Source: an uncultured bacterium
GTDB taxonomy: Bacteria > JAJVIF01 > JAPKYR01
DNA length: 17,303 nt
NCBI GenBank assembly: GCA_965369865.1
Contig: CBDURU010000080.1
Location: 1 to 17,303, forward strand
Direction: 5' to 3'
This document shows positions 9,215 to 17,138 of this stretch, piece after piece; position 1 is the stretch's first letter, and each line of letters starts with the position of its first letter. The position numbers and the translations under genes are program-made. The notes beneath the pieces were generated by a model that was not told where the DNA came from, made no database searches, and saw nothing but the letters and a program-made list of their open reading frames with translations.

Positions 9215-9733
9215 TCAATCATACTCAGCACCCTCAATGTGAATCCAACTCCCATCGCCCCAATCAGGCGGTATATAACCTTTTTTTATGTAACTGTGAA
9301 TACTTGAATGTTCCCATAACGCCGGAGCCGCGACCAGTCCGTGCTTCACTGGATTGAAATGGATGTAATTAACGCTGTTGTTATAATGGTCGTCATCACG
9401 GATTGTTTCTTCCCAGTACCGATCCTGCCAGAGTTTCATCCCCTTGTTAAGTTTCCCGAGACGCCTGAATTTATATGTAAGCCCCCTTTTAAAATCCCAT
9501 ATGACCCTGGAATAATCAGCCGTCGGTGATTTAATGAGAAGATGCAGGTGCTCGGGAAGAATTGTCCAGGCCTTGTAAATAACACGATATTTGTTCTTTA
9601 TGTGCCCCATCGCGGCACGTACCATGTCGCGTTCCGATTTATCCTGAAACCATGGTCGACGGTCACCGGTTACGATTGTGAAAAAGAATACATCGTCAGG
9701 ATTACCGGTTTTGTTTCGACGGTAGTTAACCAT
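9215..9733 (-). CDS. rayT: REP-associated tyrosine transposase (RAYT/TnpA-REP; HUH Y1, IS200/IS605 superfamily)
   Basis: Motifs 'MVNYRR...FFFTIVT..RRPWF', HUH 'ILPEHLHLLI', 'LWQDRYWEETIRD', catalytic Tyr region 'NYIHFNPVKHGLV' and 'WEHSS'. Flanked by inverted repeats; no tnpB. Confidence 0.92.
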   Translation of the reverse strand: MVNYRRNKTGNPDDVFFFTIVTGDRRPWFQDKSERDMVRAAMGHIKNKYRVIYKAWTILPEHLHLLIKSPTADYSRVIWDFKRGLTYKFRRLGKLNKGMKLWQDRYWEETIRDDDHYNNSVNYIHFNPVKHGLVAAPALWEHSSIHSYIKKGYIPPDWGDGSWIHIEGAEYD

Positions 9734-9773
9734 TCGATAATAATTATATCATAGACATGTTCGAGATTTGGTT

Positions 9774-9871
9774 GAAATTATTTATGGATCCCAGTCCGCC
9801 GCGGCAACGCTCCGGTCCGATTCGGGATGACTGGTTGGACATGGATGTCGCGATGCCGGCCTACGGGACTG
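9774..9871. repeat. Right ~98-bp inverted repeat flanking RAYT
   Basis: gaaattatttatggatccc...gatgccggcCTACgggactg mirrors 9107-9203. Confidence 0.92.
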
Positions 9872-9880
9872 GTATCTAGT

Positions 9881-9927
9881 TACTGGGGACATCTCTTTTC
9901 GTCCTCGAAAAGCAGGTGTCCCCAGTA
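9881..9927. repeat. Long GGGGACA...TGTCCCC hairpin
   Basis: tactggggacatctcttttcg-tcct-cgaaaagcaggtgtccccagta. The segment ggggacatctctt recurs at 17253-17265. Confidence 0.75.
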
Positions 9928-9945
9928 TTACACCTCAGTATTGTA

Positions 9946-9974
9946 TTGACACAATCAATTACACATGGTACGTT
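9946..9974 (+). promoter_or_regulatory. Candidate sigma70-type promoter for the lipoprotein operon
   Basis: TTGACA, 17-bp spacer, TACGTT with an upstream TG (extended -10). Confidence 0.5.
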
Positions 9975-10101
9975 GATTTTGTAGGTATGCAGAAACCATG
10001 CCGCACTGATTTTTGAGACCAAGGCAAAAAATTGGATTAAGCAGGTAAGTTTCATCGATTTGAAACTTTATCTCAGACTGTGCTCACACAGGAGGGATAT
10101 C

Positions 10102-13100
10102 ATGATTAATTTCAGAATCCCGCTGCTATTCCTTGCGATCTTAAGTGTGGCGATTTTCATGTTTGGATGCGGATCGAACCCACGTCCGACTGATCCCGGG
10201 ATGGAACCCGATAGCAATCCCCTGACCGGTAATCAAAGTAATAATAATGGACCGGCAGATCACTTGCTGCTCGGTTTCTGGCAGTGCGTTTTCAATCCCG
10301 ACACCGCCGAAATTGAAACAGTCAGCCTTCGCGAAACCCAGCTCCACCTGAATATCATCAACGTCCTGCAGCCTCCGTTCGCTCCCGGAATCGGGCTTCA
10401 GATCGATGGTTTCGACCTTAACACCGGGACCGTGGATGTGAATATCAGCATCACGCATCCGTTTCCGAATTCCGATCTCAGGATTTTCGATGTGCGCGGT
10501 ATTGTCATGGGCGCAGGCGACCTGATCGGCGGTTCGCTCGATCCATCGGCAAAATATCCCGCCCCGTCCGGTTTCAGGGTTGAAAACGCCGACGGTTACA
10601 CGCGCTGGTGGAATTCCCCCGAATTTATCACTCCGGGTTTCTTCGGATTTTCCCCGAGCGCGATCGGCGTCCCTGGTTTCATGCCCCAGGCGACTCTTAA
10701 CGGCTACAAATATTACTGCGACGCCCTTGGCCCCAACGATTCGGTGGCCCTGAGTGTCAGCATGTACAACCGTGGAACTTTTTCAACCACACCCGTACCT
10801 CCAACTCTATCCCGTAATTTCCAGCTCCGATTCCCGAAAAATGGGAGCGTAATCGATTTCAGGTTCATGCTCGCCGTCGACGCGAACTGGGCGCTTCCCA
10901 CCGGAGCCTCACCCCCTCCGAAACCAATCGGCGATTTCCCAATCGAAGCGAACTGTCCGGAAGCATACCACGTGGCGGTCAACACCGAGGGAACCACCGC
11001 CTGGTATGAAAATGAGACAAGTTTCGGCGGCGACATTATGCTCGCGATCGAGGTGTTCGACTGGGGAGCGCCATCGAATCCCGACGGCATTAACGGTGAA
11101 ATAGGCTCCATCTGGGTCGAATCGCCAACGCTGTTCGATTCGATAATTCCCGCAAACCTCGATCCCTCGCCCGGCACCCAGAATACAAGCGGAATTTATG
11201 TTGTCTGCATCCCCAGTGTTCACCCGACCGGCGTTGACTCGCAGGAAATTCTTGTAACTGTTCGGTCGAGCGACCCGTCCACTTACGCTCCTCCCGGCAT
11301 CCAGGGATACCCGCAAGTCGCGGTTTTAGCCTCATTCGCGCTTGTAGAAATTCCGGTTACCTTCGGGATACCGGACGAACAATCCATAACGGTTGAAACC
11401 CCGAACGGCGGAGAAAATTTCCTCGCCTCGGGATTGGAAACCATAACCTGGTCGAGCCAGGGGCCTGTCGGAACCGATCTGGAAATCCTTTACTCGTTGT
11501 CCGACGCGTACCCTGTAAGTATCTCCAGCTCAACTCTCAACGATGGTTCATTCGTATGGGACCCGGTGGCGGAGATCGCGAATAATAAGGTAAGGATTAT
11601 TATCAGAAGTAATAGCGATCCCGGTATTTTTGATGCGTCCAATAATTACTTCTCAATCACATCCAATCCCGACCCGTGGATCACGCTCGTATCTCCCAAC
11701 GGCGGTGAATCGCTGTATTCCGGCAACTCTGAGACAATCAAGTGGTCAAGCTCATCCGATGCCGGTGCAAATGTAAAACTGGAGTACTCAATCGCCAGCG
11801 GCGCCCCATCGTGCATTACCACCTCAACCCTTAACGACGGCAGCTATGTCTGGAACCCGATCCCTATCATTCAAAGCTCTGTATTAAAAATAATTGTTAC
11901 TAGCCTCGATCCCCCGTTTGCGTCGGACCAATCCGATAATTATTTCAGTATCTCATCTTCACCTCCGCCATGTATTACCTTGGAAACTCCAAACGGAGGT
12001 CAGACATGGCAGGCGGGGGATTCAGAAATTATTTCCTGGTTAACAACCGGGAATGTGGGCGCTTATGTGAAAATTGAATATCGCATCGGTACCGGATCCC
12101 CGACAACCATTACAACATCTACCCTCAACGACGGGAGTTACATGTGGAATCCTATCCCCGAGGTAAACAGCAACCAGGTCGGCATTATAATTACCAGTAA
12201 TGAACAACCGTCAATAACCGATCAGTCGGACTTTTATTTCACGATCACCATACCTGCGACAAGCGGCATAACTGTCACCGATCCTAACGGCGGCGAGGTT
12301 TGGAATGCCGGTGAATCCAGGATCATCTCTTGGACAAGTACAGGTGACACTGGTACTGTCGTAAAAATTCAGTACCGCATCGGCACAGCTTCCCCGGAAA
12401 TAATCGAGCTCTCCGTGGTAAACGACGGGAATTACTTGTGGGATCCCATTCCCGGTATCAACAGCCACCAGGTAAAGGTGATTATTACGAGTTATGAATT
12501 CCCCGATATCTCGGATGATTCGAACGCTTATTTCACGATCAATTTCGAACAGGAACTGAAAACGATCGAATTCCAGAACTGGGTCGCGCTCGATTACGAC
12601 CAGTCTGTGCCCTATTATTCGGGCCCGAGCGGGTATAAGGAATTCAGCATGGCTGTCATTGACGACCTGAGGAACTGGACAAACATACTTTGGAACCAGT
12701 ACGGAATCGACATGGTCAATGACGGCTGGTCCCCAATGACTGATAACGTGCCTTACGACCACGCGTATTACAACCTCGATGCCTTTGAGGAAGTCGATGA
12801 GATGCATGCCAGGTACGGTAATCTGCAAACTCCCGACAAGCTGAACGTGTATTGGGTGCAGACGCTTCCTTATGGCTATGACACCGCTTTCTGCGCCTGG
12901 CCCGAATCAGTCGATACGCTCTTCGAGCATCAATCGGATGTTGTTTTCATTGTAATCAGCCCGAACACCTGGTACTGGGAAGAGGTCCTTGCTCATGAGG
13001 GGGGACACGCTTTCGGTGCAATGATAGACGAGTACCTTTTATATCCGGATTACAACTACTGGTGCGATGATCTATATGAAGATATCCCGCCAAACTGGCA

Positions 13101-13245
13101 GTACCTGTATTGCCAGGACTCCGCCTGTTACCCGGGCAACCTGATGTGGTTCTCGTTGGGCTGGCCCATTGAAAATTACAACCTGACTAGCGGACAGGCC
13201 TGGTGGGTCCAGTCATTCCATAATAAATATCCAAATAACTGGTGA
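10102..13245 (+). CDS. Large lipoprotein: unknown N-terminal region, four 98-aa PNGGE (Ig-like, Ser/Thr-rich) repeats, C-terminal zinc metallopeptidase domain
   Basis: AGGAGG RBS before ATG 10102. Signal peptide with lipobox 'IFMFG-C'. PNGG codons start at 11401, 11695, 11989 and 12283 (exact 294-nt period). 'AHEGGHAFGAMIDEY' followed by 'GNLM'. Confidence 0.85.
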   Translation: MINFRIPLLFLAILSVAIFMFGCGSNPRPTDPGMEPDSNPLTGNQSNNNGPADHLLLGFWQCVFNPDTAEIETVSLRETQLHLNIINVLQPPFAPGIGLQIDGFDLNTGTVDVNISITHPFPNSDLRIFDVRGIVMGAGDLIGGSLDPSAKYPAPSGFRVENADGYTRWWNSPEFITPGFFGFSPSAIGVPGFMPQATLNGYKYYCDALGPNDSVALSVSMYNRGTFSTTPVPPTLSRNFQLRFPKNGSVIDFRFMLAVDANWALPTGASPPPKPIGDFPIEANCPEAYHVAVNTEGTTAWYENETSFGGDIMLAIEVFDWGAPSNPDGINGEIGSIWVESPTLFDSIIPANLDPSPGTQNTSGIYVVCIPSVHPTGVDSQEILVTVRSSDPSTYAPPGIQGYPQVAVLASFALVEIPVTFGIPDEQSITVETPNGGENFLASGLETITWSSQGPVGTDLEILYSLSDAYPVSISSSTLNDGSFVWDPVAEIANNKVRIIIRSNSDPGIFDASNNYFSITSNPDPWITLVSPNGGESLYSGNSETIKWSSSSDAGANVKLEYSIASGAPSCITTSTLNDGSYVWNPIPIIQSSVLKIIVTSLDPPFASDQSDNYFSISSSPPPCITLETPNGGQTWQAGDSEIISWLTTGNVGAYVKIEYRIGTGSPTTITTSTLNDGSYMWNPIPEVNSNQVGIIITSNEQPSITDQSDFYFTITIPATSGITVTDPNGGEVWNAGESRIISWTSTGDTGTVVKIQYRIGTASPEIIELSVVNDGNYLWDPIPGINSHQVKVIITSYEFPDISDDSNAYFTINFEQELKTIEFQNWVALDYDQSVPYYSGPSGYKEFSMAVIDDLRNWTNILWNQYGIDMVNDGWSPMTDNVPYDHAYYNLDAFEEVDEMHARYGNLQTPDKLNVYWVQTLPYGYDTAFCAWPESVDTLFEHQSDVVFIVISPNTWYWEEVLAHEGGHAFGAMIDEYLLYPDYNYWCDDLYEDIPPNWQYLYCQDSACYPGNLMWFSLGWPIENYNLTSGQAWWVQSFHNKYPNNW

Positions 13246-13258
13246 CGGGGAGGAAATT

Positions 13259-13831
13259 ATGAAAAATATCGCGATTTTAACACTTATATGGTTTCTCCTG
13301 ATTCCGTCCAATCCGGCAATCGCGTTAAGCGACTTGGCAAAAGACTTTCTGATTCAATGCAGGCAGCTCGATACCATATTTCCTCCTGACGACTTCTCGG
13401 ATGAAGACCTGCGTGATGCCGCGCTCGAGATTCTCGATAATTTCGAGGAGAACGACGAATACGGTTGGGCGGTTTTTTCCTGCCTTACCGCTCTCGGGCA
13501 TGTACGGAATCCCGATGATATTCCCAGGATGCTGGTTTATGAGGATTCTATGACCGGTGCCCTGCTCCGTGCGCTGAGGGGTTTCCCCGCGCCGGATGCG
13601 ATCGATTGCATGCTTCGATGGATCGATACTGAAAAACCGGGCCTGCGTGAGCTTTCGATTAAAGCTATCGCGGAGATCGATTTCGACATGCTTGACGATC
13701 CGGATTTCTGGCGGGAATTGGTGCTTGACGAATTACTTACTGCCCGTGAGTCGGAAACGGTAGAGGTATTCGTTGAACTTTTAGATGAGATAGTAACCGA
13801 ACTCGAATCCGCGCTTACCGGTTCCGAGTGA
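13259..13831 (+). CDS. Secreted acidic helical (HEAT-repeat-like) protein
   Basis: GGAGG RBS, start 13 nt after the peptidase stop. Sec signal 'MKNIAILTLIWFLLIPSNPAIA'. HEAT-like segments 'CLTALGHVRNPDDIP', 'LRALRGFPAPDAID' and 'LRELSIKAIAEI'. Very D/E-rich. Confidence 0.7.
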   Translation: MKNIAILTLIWFLLIPSNPAIALSDLAKDFLIQCRQLDTIFPPDDFSDEDLRDAALEILDNFEENDEYGWAVFSCLTALGHVRNPDDIPRMLVYEDSMTGALLRALRGFPAPDAIDCMLRWIDTEKPGLRELSIKAIAEIDFDMLDDPDFWRELVLDELLTARESETVEVFVELLDEIVTELESALTGSE

Positions 13832-13888
13832 CCTGCTTATATTTCGTCTGCTAATAATCGCCTGACGTCAATCAAATCGCGTGGCGGC

Positions 13889-14064
13889 GACAAGCAAAGT
13901 GAGACATCTCCACCCCGCAAGCCTTTATAAATCTCCGGGTCGAACGTGCTTGTCGACGTTTATTATAATTAAAAACAAAAATCGGGTGCCGTTGACAAGC
14001 AAAGTGAGACATCTCCACCCCGCAAGCCTTTATAAATCTCCGGGTCGAACGTGCTTGTCGACGT
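13889..14064. repeat. Two identical 71-bp direct repeats (13889-13959, 13994-14064), each with inverted ends
   Basis: gacaagcaaagtgagacatctccaccccgcaagcctttataaatctccgggtcgaacgtgcttgtcgacgt twice, period 105. The ends gacaagca and tgcttgtc are complementary. Confidence 0.92.
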
Positions 14065-14101
14065 AAATCAATTCTAAATACCCAATCAAATTTTTATGCA
14101 C

Positions 14102-15802
14102 TCAGCCTTTATCGAGCCCCTTCAGTTCCTCGATCCGCTGAATGGCATACAAAAGAACTTCATCCGCCTCCATCGGAGCGTACCTCATGCATATCATGTA
14201 AGAACCGACGGCATCATCGATCCTGCCCAGCATTTCCTCCGCAAATCCTTTCCCGCACCAGGCTTGCGGAGATACCGGATAAAGCTCTACGCTCTTTATA
14301 AAACATTCCAGCCCCTCCTCATAACGGCCGAGTTCATTCAGCGTTATTCCTTTGCCGGTCCAGGAGTTCGGGTAACCGGGATCGAGTTCAATGGCCTTCT
14401 CGCTGCATTTCAGGCTGCCCGCAAAATCCCCCATGGCTCCAAGTGTGCTGGCCTTGGAACTCCACGCGAGGGCAAGGTCCGCGTCGATCTCTATCGCCTT
14501 ATCCAGGCATTCGATCGCCTCTTCAAATTCCTTTCTGGCGAAATGTATATCCCCTCGCTTGGTCCAGTGCATCGCGCTGCCTTCCTCGATATCGGGAAAA
14601 CACCTGTATTTCAGAAACTTGATCCGGTACACAGCCTTATCGGCATATGGATGCTCTCCTTTTCCTGCGACATCGACAACCTTCTTAAACGCGCGTTCAG
14701 CACTCACAATCTTTCCCAGTGCCGAGTAACATTCCCCAATATTAAAATGGAGTACCGGATCATCGGCTTTGATTTTAAGAGTGCGCTCGAATGATTGGAC
14801 AGCCTGCTCGAATTCAAGGCAGCTCATCAGAAATTTTCCGCGGCTGAACCATATCTCCGGGTCTTCCGGCTGAATTTCCAGAGCCTTATCGTAACAATAG
14901 ATAATTTTATCGGGCTCCCCACCCATGTAACGGAGGATCATAGCCATCAGGTAGTGCGACCTGTAACTGTCCGGTTCATATTCTATCGCTTTCGTACACG
15001 CCTCGAATGCTTTTTCGACATTCCCGGAATCGAGATGTACCGACGCTACGTTATGCCATGTGTATCCATTCCCGGGTTCCGTTTTCAGTGCGCCTTTGAA
15101 ACACCTTAATGCTTCATCGAGGCGTCCAAGTTGCTTAAGCGCGAAGCCTTTATGTGTGAGAATATCGGCTCTTCCCGGATTTATTCTGAGTGCTTTTTCA
15201 TAACAGGCTAATGCAGCCTCAAATTCCGCCCTGAAAATCAGCACACCGCCCAATTCCAGCCATGCATCGGCATTGGATGGATTCAGCCGGCTGGCCTTGT
15301 CGAAACATTCACTGGCTTCATCGAGCCGTCCCGCTGAATTCAGGATACGTCCCTTGCTGATAATGGCCTGTTCCGAATCGGGTTTACTCTCAAGCATCGC
15401 ATCCAGAATTTTTATTGCTTCATCTGTCCGTCCCTGCCTCGCTATCAACTGCGCTTTATTCCCCAGCGATTCAAAATGTTCCGGATCGATATCCAGCGCT
15501 TTCTCTATGCATTCAAATGCACCTTCAACCTTCCCCATAGCCCCGAGAATTGAGGATTTGATCGACCATAACCTCGCATCGGCCGGATTGATCGAGAGGG
15601 CTTTTTCAATTGCTTTCAATGCATCCTCATGCCGTCCCGACAGCAGTAGCGCATTGGCCTTATTTCCCCACGCGTTCGTATGATTCGAGTCGATTTTTAT
15701 GGCACTCTCGAATAGGTCAAGCGCCTTGCCGACGTTACCTTTTGCCAGTTCTTTCAATCCGGCCTGTGAAATTTTATCGGGATTTTTCGGGCCAAAGATC
15801 AT
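14102..15802 (-). CDS. Tetratricopeptide repeat (TPR) protein
   Basis: 566 aa composed almost entirely of 34-aa units of the form 'AW..KG..L...G..EEA..C.DKA..I.P'. Confidence 0.93.
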   Translation of the reverse strand: MIFGPKNPDKISQAGLKELAKGNVGKALDLFESAIKIDSNHTNAWGNKANALLLSGRHEDALKAIEKALSINPADARLWSIKSSILGAMGKVEGAFECIEKALDIDPEHFESLGNKAQLIARQGRTDEAIKILDAMLESKPDSEQAIISKGRILNSAGRLDEASECFDKASRLNPSNADAWLELGGVLIFRAEFEAALACYEKALRINPGRADILTHKGFALKQLGRLDEALRCFKGALKTEPGNGYTWHNVASVHLDSGNVEKAFEACTKAIEYEPDSYRSHYLMAMILRYMGGEPDKIIYCYDKALEIQPEDPEIWFSRGKFLMSCLEFEQAVQSFERTLKIKADDPVLHFNIGECYSALGKIVSAERAFKKVVDVAGKGEHPYADKAVYRIKFLKYRCFPDIEEGSAMHWTKRGDIHFARKEFEEAIECLDKAIEIDADLALAWSSKASTLGAMGDFAGSLKCSEKAIELDPGYPNSWTGKGITLNELGRYEEGLECFIKSVELYPVSPQAWCGKGFAEEMLGRIDDAVGSYMICMRYAPMEADEVLLYAIQRIEELKGLDKG

Positions 15803-15928
15803 AATGAAGCCTTTCTATTGAAACCTGGATAATTATTACCGGCTCAGGATAACATCGTATGCCGAAAAGTAAAAACCCTTAAAGGCTATTCCATCTAAAT
15901 GCAAAAATAATTCATGCCGATCATTTAC

Positions 15929-15957
15929 TTGCATGACCCACGTTGATCATGCATACT
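15929..15957 (+). promoter_or_regulatory. Candidate sigma70-type promoter for tRNA-Arg
   Basis: TTGCAT, 17-bp spacer, CATACT, ending 14 nt upstream of the tRNA 5' end. Confidence 0.5.
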
Positions 15958-15971
15958 ATTTTTTCGGCAAT

Positions 15972-16045
15972 GCGTCCGTAGCTCAACTGGATAGAGCAAC
16001 AGACTTCGGATCTGTAGGTTGAGGGTTCAAGTCCTTCCGGGCGCG
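15972..16045 (+). tRNA. tRNA-Arg, anticodon UCG; CCA not encoded
   Basis: Acceptor stem gcgtccg/cgggcgc, D-arm gctc-aactggata-gagc, anticodon arm acaga-ctTCGga-tctgt, T-arm gaggg-ttcaagt-ccttc, discriminator G, followed by catt rather than cca. Confidence 0.95.
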
Positions 16046-16050
16046 CATTT

Positions 16051-16088
16051 AAAAAACAATCCCCCCGCGAATCACGTGGGGGGTTTTT
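16051..16088 (+). terminator. Intrinsic terminator after tRNA (possibly bidirectional)
   Basis: ccccccgcg-aat-cacgtgggggg followed by ttttt, with an A-tract upstream. Confidence 0.7.
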
Positions 16089-16103
16089 ACATGCGAAACA
16101 TTC

Positions 16104-16204
16104 TATACCAGATATTAACCATTTTTAGCCATTGCGGGTTAATTTACAGGTTCCCGGATGATTATGATTAATGTGAGAAATGAAAAAACCGTAGAACAGC
16201 ACCG
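16104..16204 (-). repeat. 101-bp dispersed repeat, copy B
   Basis: Its reverse complement matches 3918-4018 at 88/101 positions. Confidence 0.9.
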
Positions 16205-16358
16205 ACCTGTTGAAAAAGCACTAAATCCCGTAGCGCAGGACGCCGGCCTGCAGTACCGCGGACGGCCCGTCCGCATGGAGAGCGGTATCGGAAGTTTTGA
16301 TCCCTTGTGATTTTTCAGTCTAATAACTTTTTCAACAGCCCCGCGCCGTTCTACGGTT
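16187..16358. mobile_element. Nested non-autonomous element: REP-like arms enclosing a MITE-like unit with 12-bp TIRs, which itself contains GTAG hairpins
   Basis: Outer arms aaccgtagaacagcac / gcgccgttctacggtt. Inner perfect TIRs ctgttgaaaaag (16207-16218) / ctttttcaacag (16327-16338). Internal hairpins gtagc-gcagg...cctgc and gcggacgg-c-ccgtccgc. Confidence 0.7.
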
Positions 16359-16428
16359 CGTCGTTTTTTCGAGGGCTTTAAATGATTATTTTTTTCCTAT
16401 ATTTTGGCAGGTTTATATCGTTCCAAAT

Positions 16429-16785
16429 CTATGCCTGCATATCCAGTTGCGATCCAATGACTGATTTACTCTCATCTGACTCGCCTGATCCGTTGTCTGC
16501 ATATGATACCGGTTTGGTGTTCTCACCGGCTACGTTCCGCTCTGACATTCCCCGGGCTGGTTCCTTGTCGTCTACCTGTTTCTGGTCCGTCTCAGTCTTA
16601 TCCGGGTTAGTTAAGCTTTCTGTGACGCTCAATTCAACGGAATCGGATCGCGGTGCATCCGCACTAACGGATTTACCTTCGCTTTCCTTACCCTGTTGAT
16701 TTGGCTTGGACTGCTCTTCGGTATTCGACAATTTTGCGGTGTTTGTAATCCCCGCCGATGGCAGATTGCCACTGATTATGGACAT
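16429..16785 (-). CDS. Small acidic, low-complexity hypothetical protein
   Basis: AAGGAG RBS. S/E/K/N-rich, with internal 'SDSVELS' and C-terminal 'IGSQLDMQA'. Confidence 0.65.
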   Translation of the reverse strand: MSIISGNLPSAGITNTAKLSNTEEQSKPNQQGKESEGKSVSADAPRSDSVELSVTESLTNPDKTETDQKQVDDKEPARGMSERNVAGENTKPVSYADNGSGESDESKSVIGSQLDMQA

Positions 16786-16814
16786 TTCTCGATCTCCTTT
16801 ATTTCCTTTTTTTT

Positions 16815-17138
16815 CTATGTCCGAACATCTATTCTTTTTCGCATTGGTCGGGTATTGGATTCTCTTAATCTGGTGCTCCGGGATCTCCTGCTCTCTGTCT
16901 GCCTGGTATCGGTACGGTCGCGGGCTCTTGGGGGCGTTTCCCTGATAGTCTTGTATCTTGACCGGATTCTTTCCCGCCTTTCATTACGCGATGATCGTTC
17001 GAACCTGTCTGTTCGAGCCACACGAGCTCTGTCCCGATCTTCCAGCCGAGCCCTTTGCCTGTCGGCGTTCGCTTCAAGTCTCCTTGTTATGGCTATATTC
17101 CTGGCATTTGCGGCTGCACTGCTGTCAATTCGAGCCAT
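16815..17138 (-). CDS. Small Arg-rich hypothetical protein
   Basis: GGAGGGAG RBS. 33 of 107 residues are Arg. C-terminal 'RKRIDVRT'. Stops 29 nt before the next gene. Confidence 0.55.
   Translation of the reverse strand: MARIDSSAAANARNIAITRRLEANADRQRARLEDRDRARVARTDRFERSSRNERRERIRSRYKTIRETPPRARDRTDTRQTESRRSRSTRLRESNTRPMRKRIDVRT

Noticed and set aside
9215..9733. IS200/IS605 TnpA with TnpB/omegaRNA
   Set aside because: No tnpB or iscB is adjacent. The motif pattern and symmetric GTAG flanks fit RAYT better.
13889..14064. Possible mini-CRISPR (repeat, 34-bp spacer, repeat)
   Set aside because: The repeat is 71 bp, well above typical CRISPR repeat length. There are only two copies and no cas genes in the window.
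14096..14794. 232-aa plus-strand ORF and other antisense ORFs over the TPR, MFS and lipoprotein genes
   Set aside because: They are shadow frames of well-supported genes on the opposite strand.
3918..16204. Composite transposon or genomic island bounded by the 101-bp inverted copies
   Set aside because: The interval holds core-type genes (clpC, tRNA), no DDE transposase or integrase, and no visible target duplication. Independent insertions are more parsimonious.
15972..16360. tRNA-targeted integrative element (att site)
   Set aside because: No integrase and no duplicated tRNA 3' end were seen in the window.
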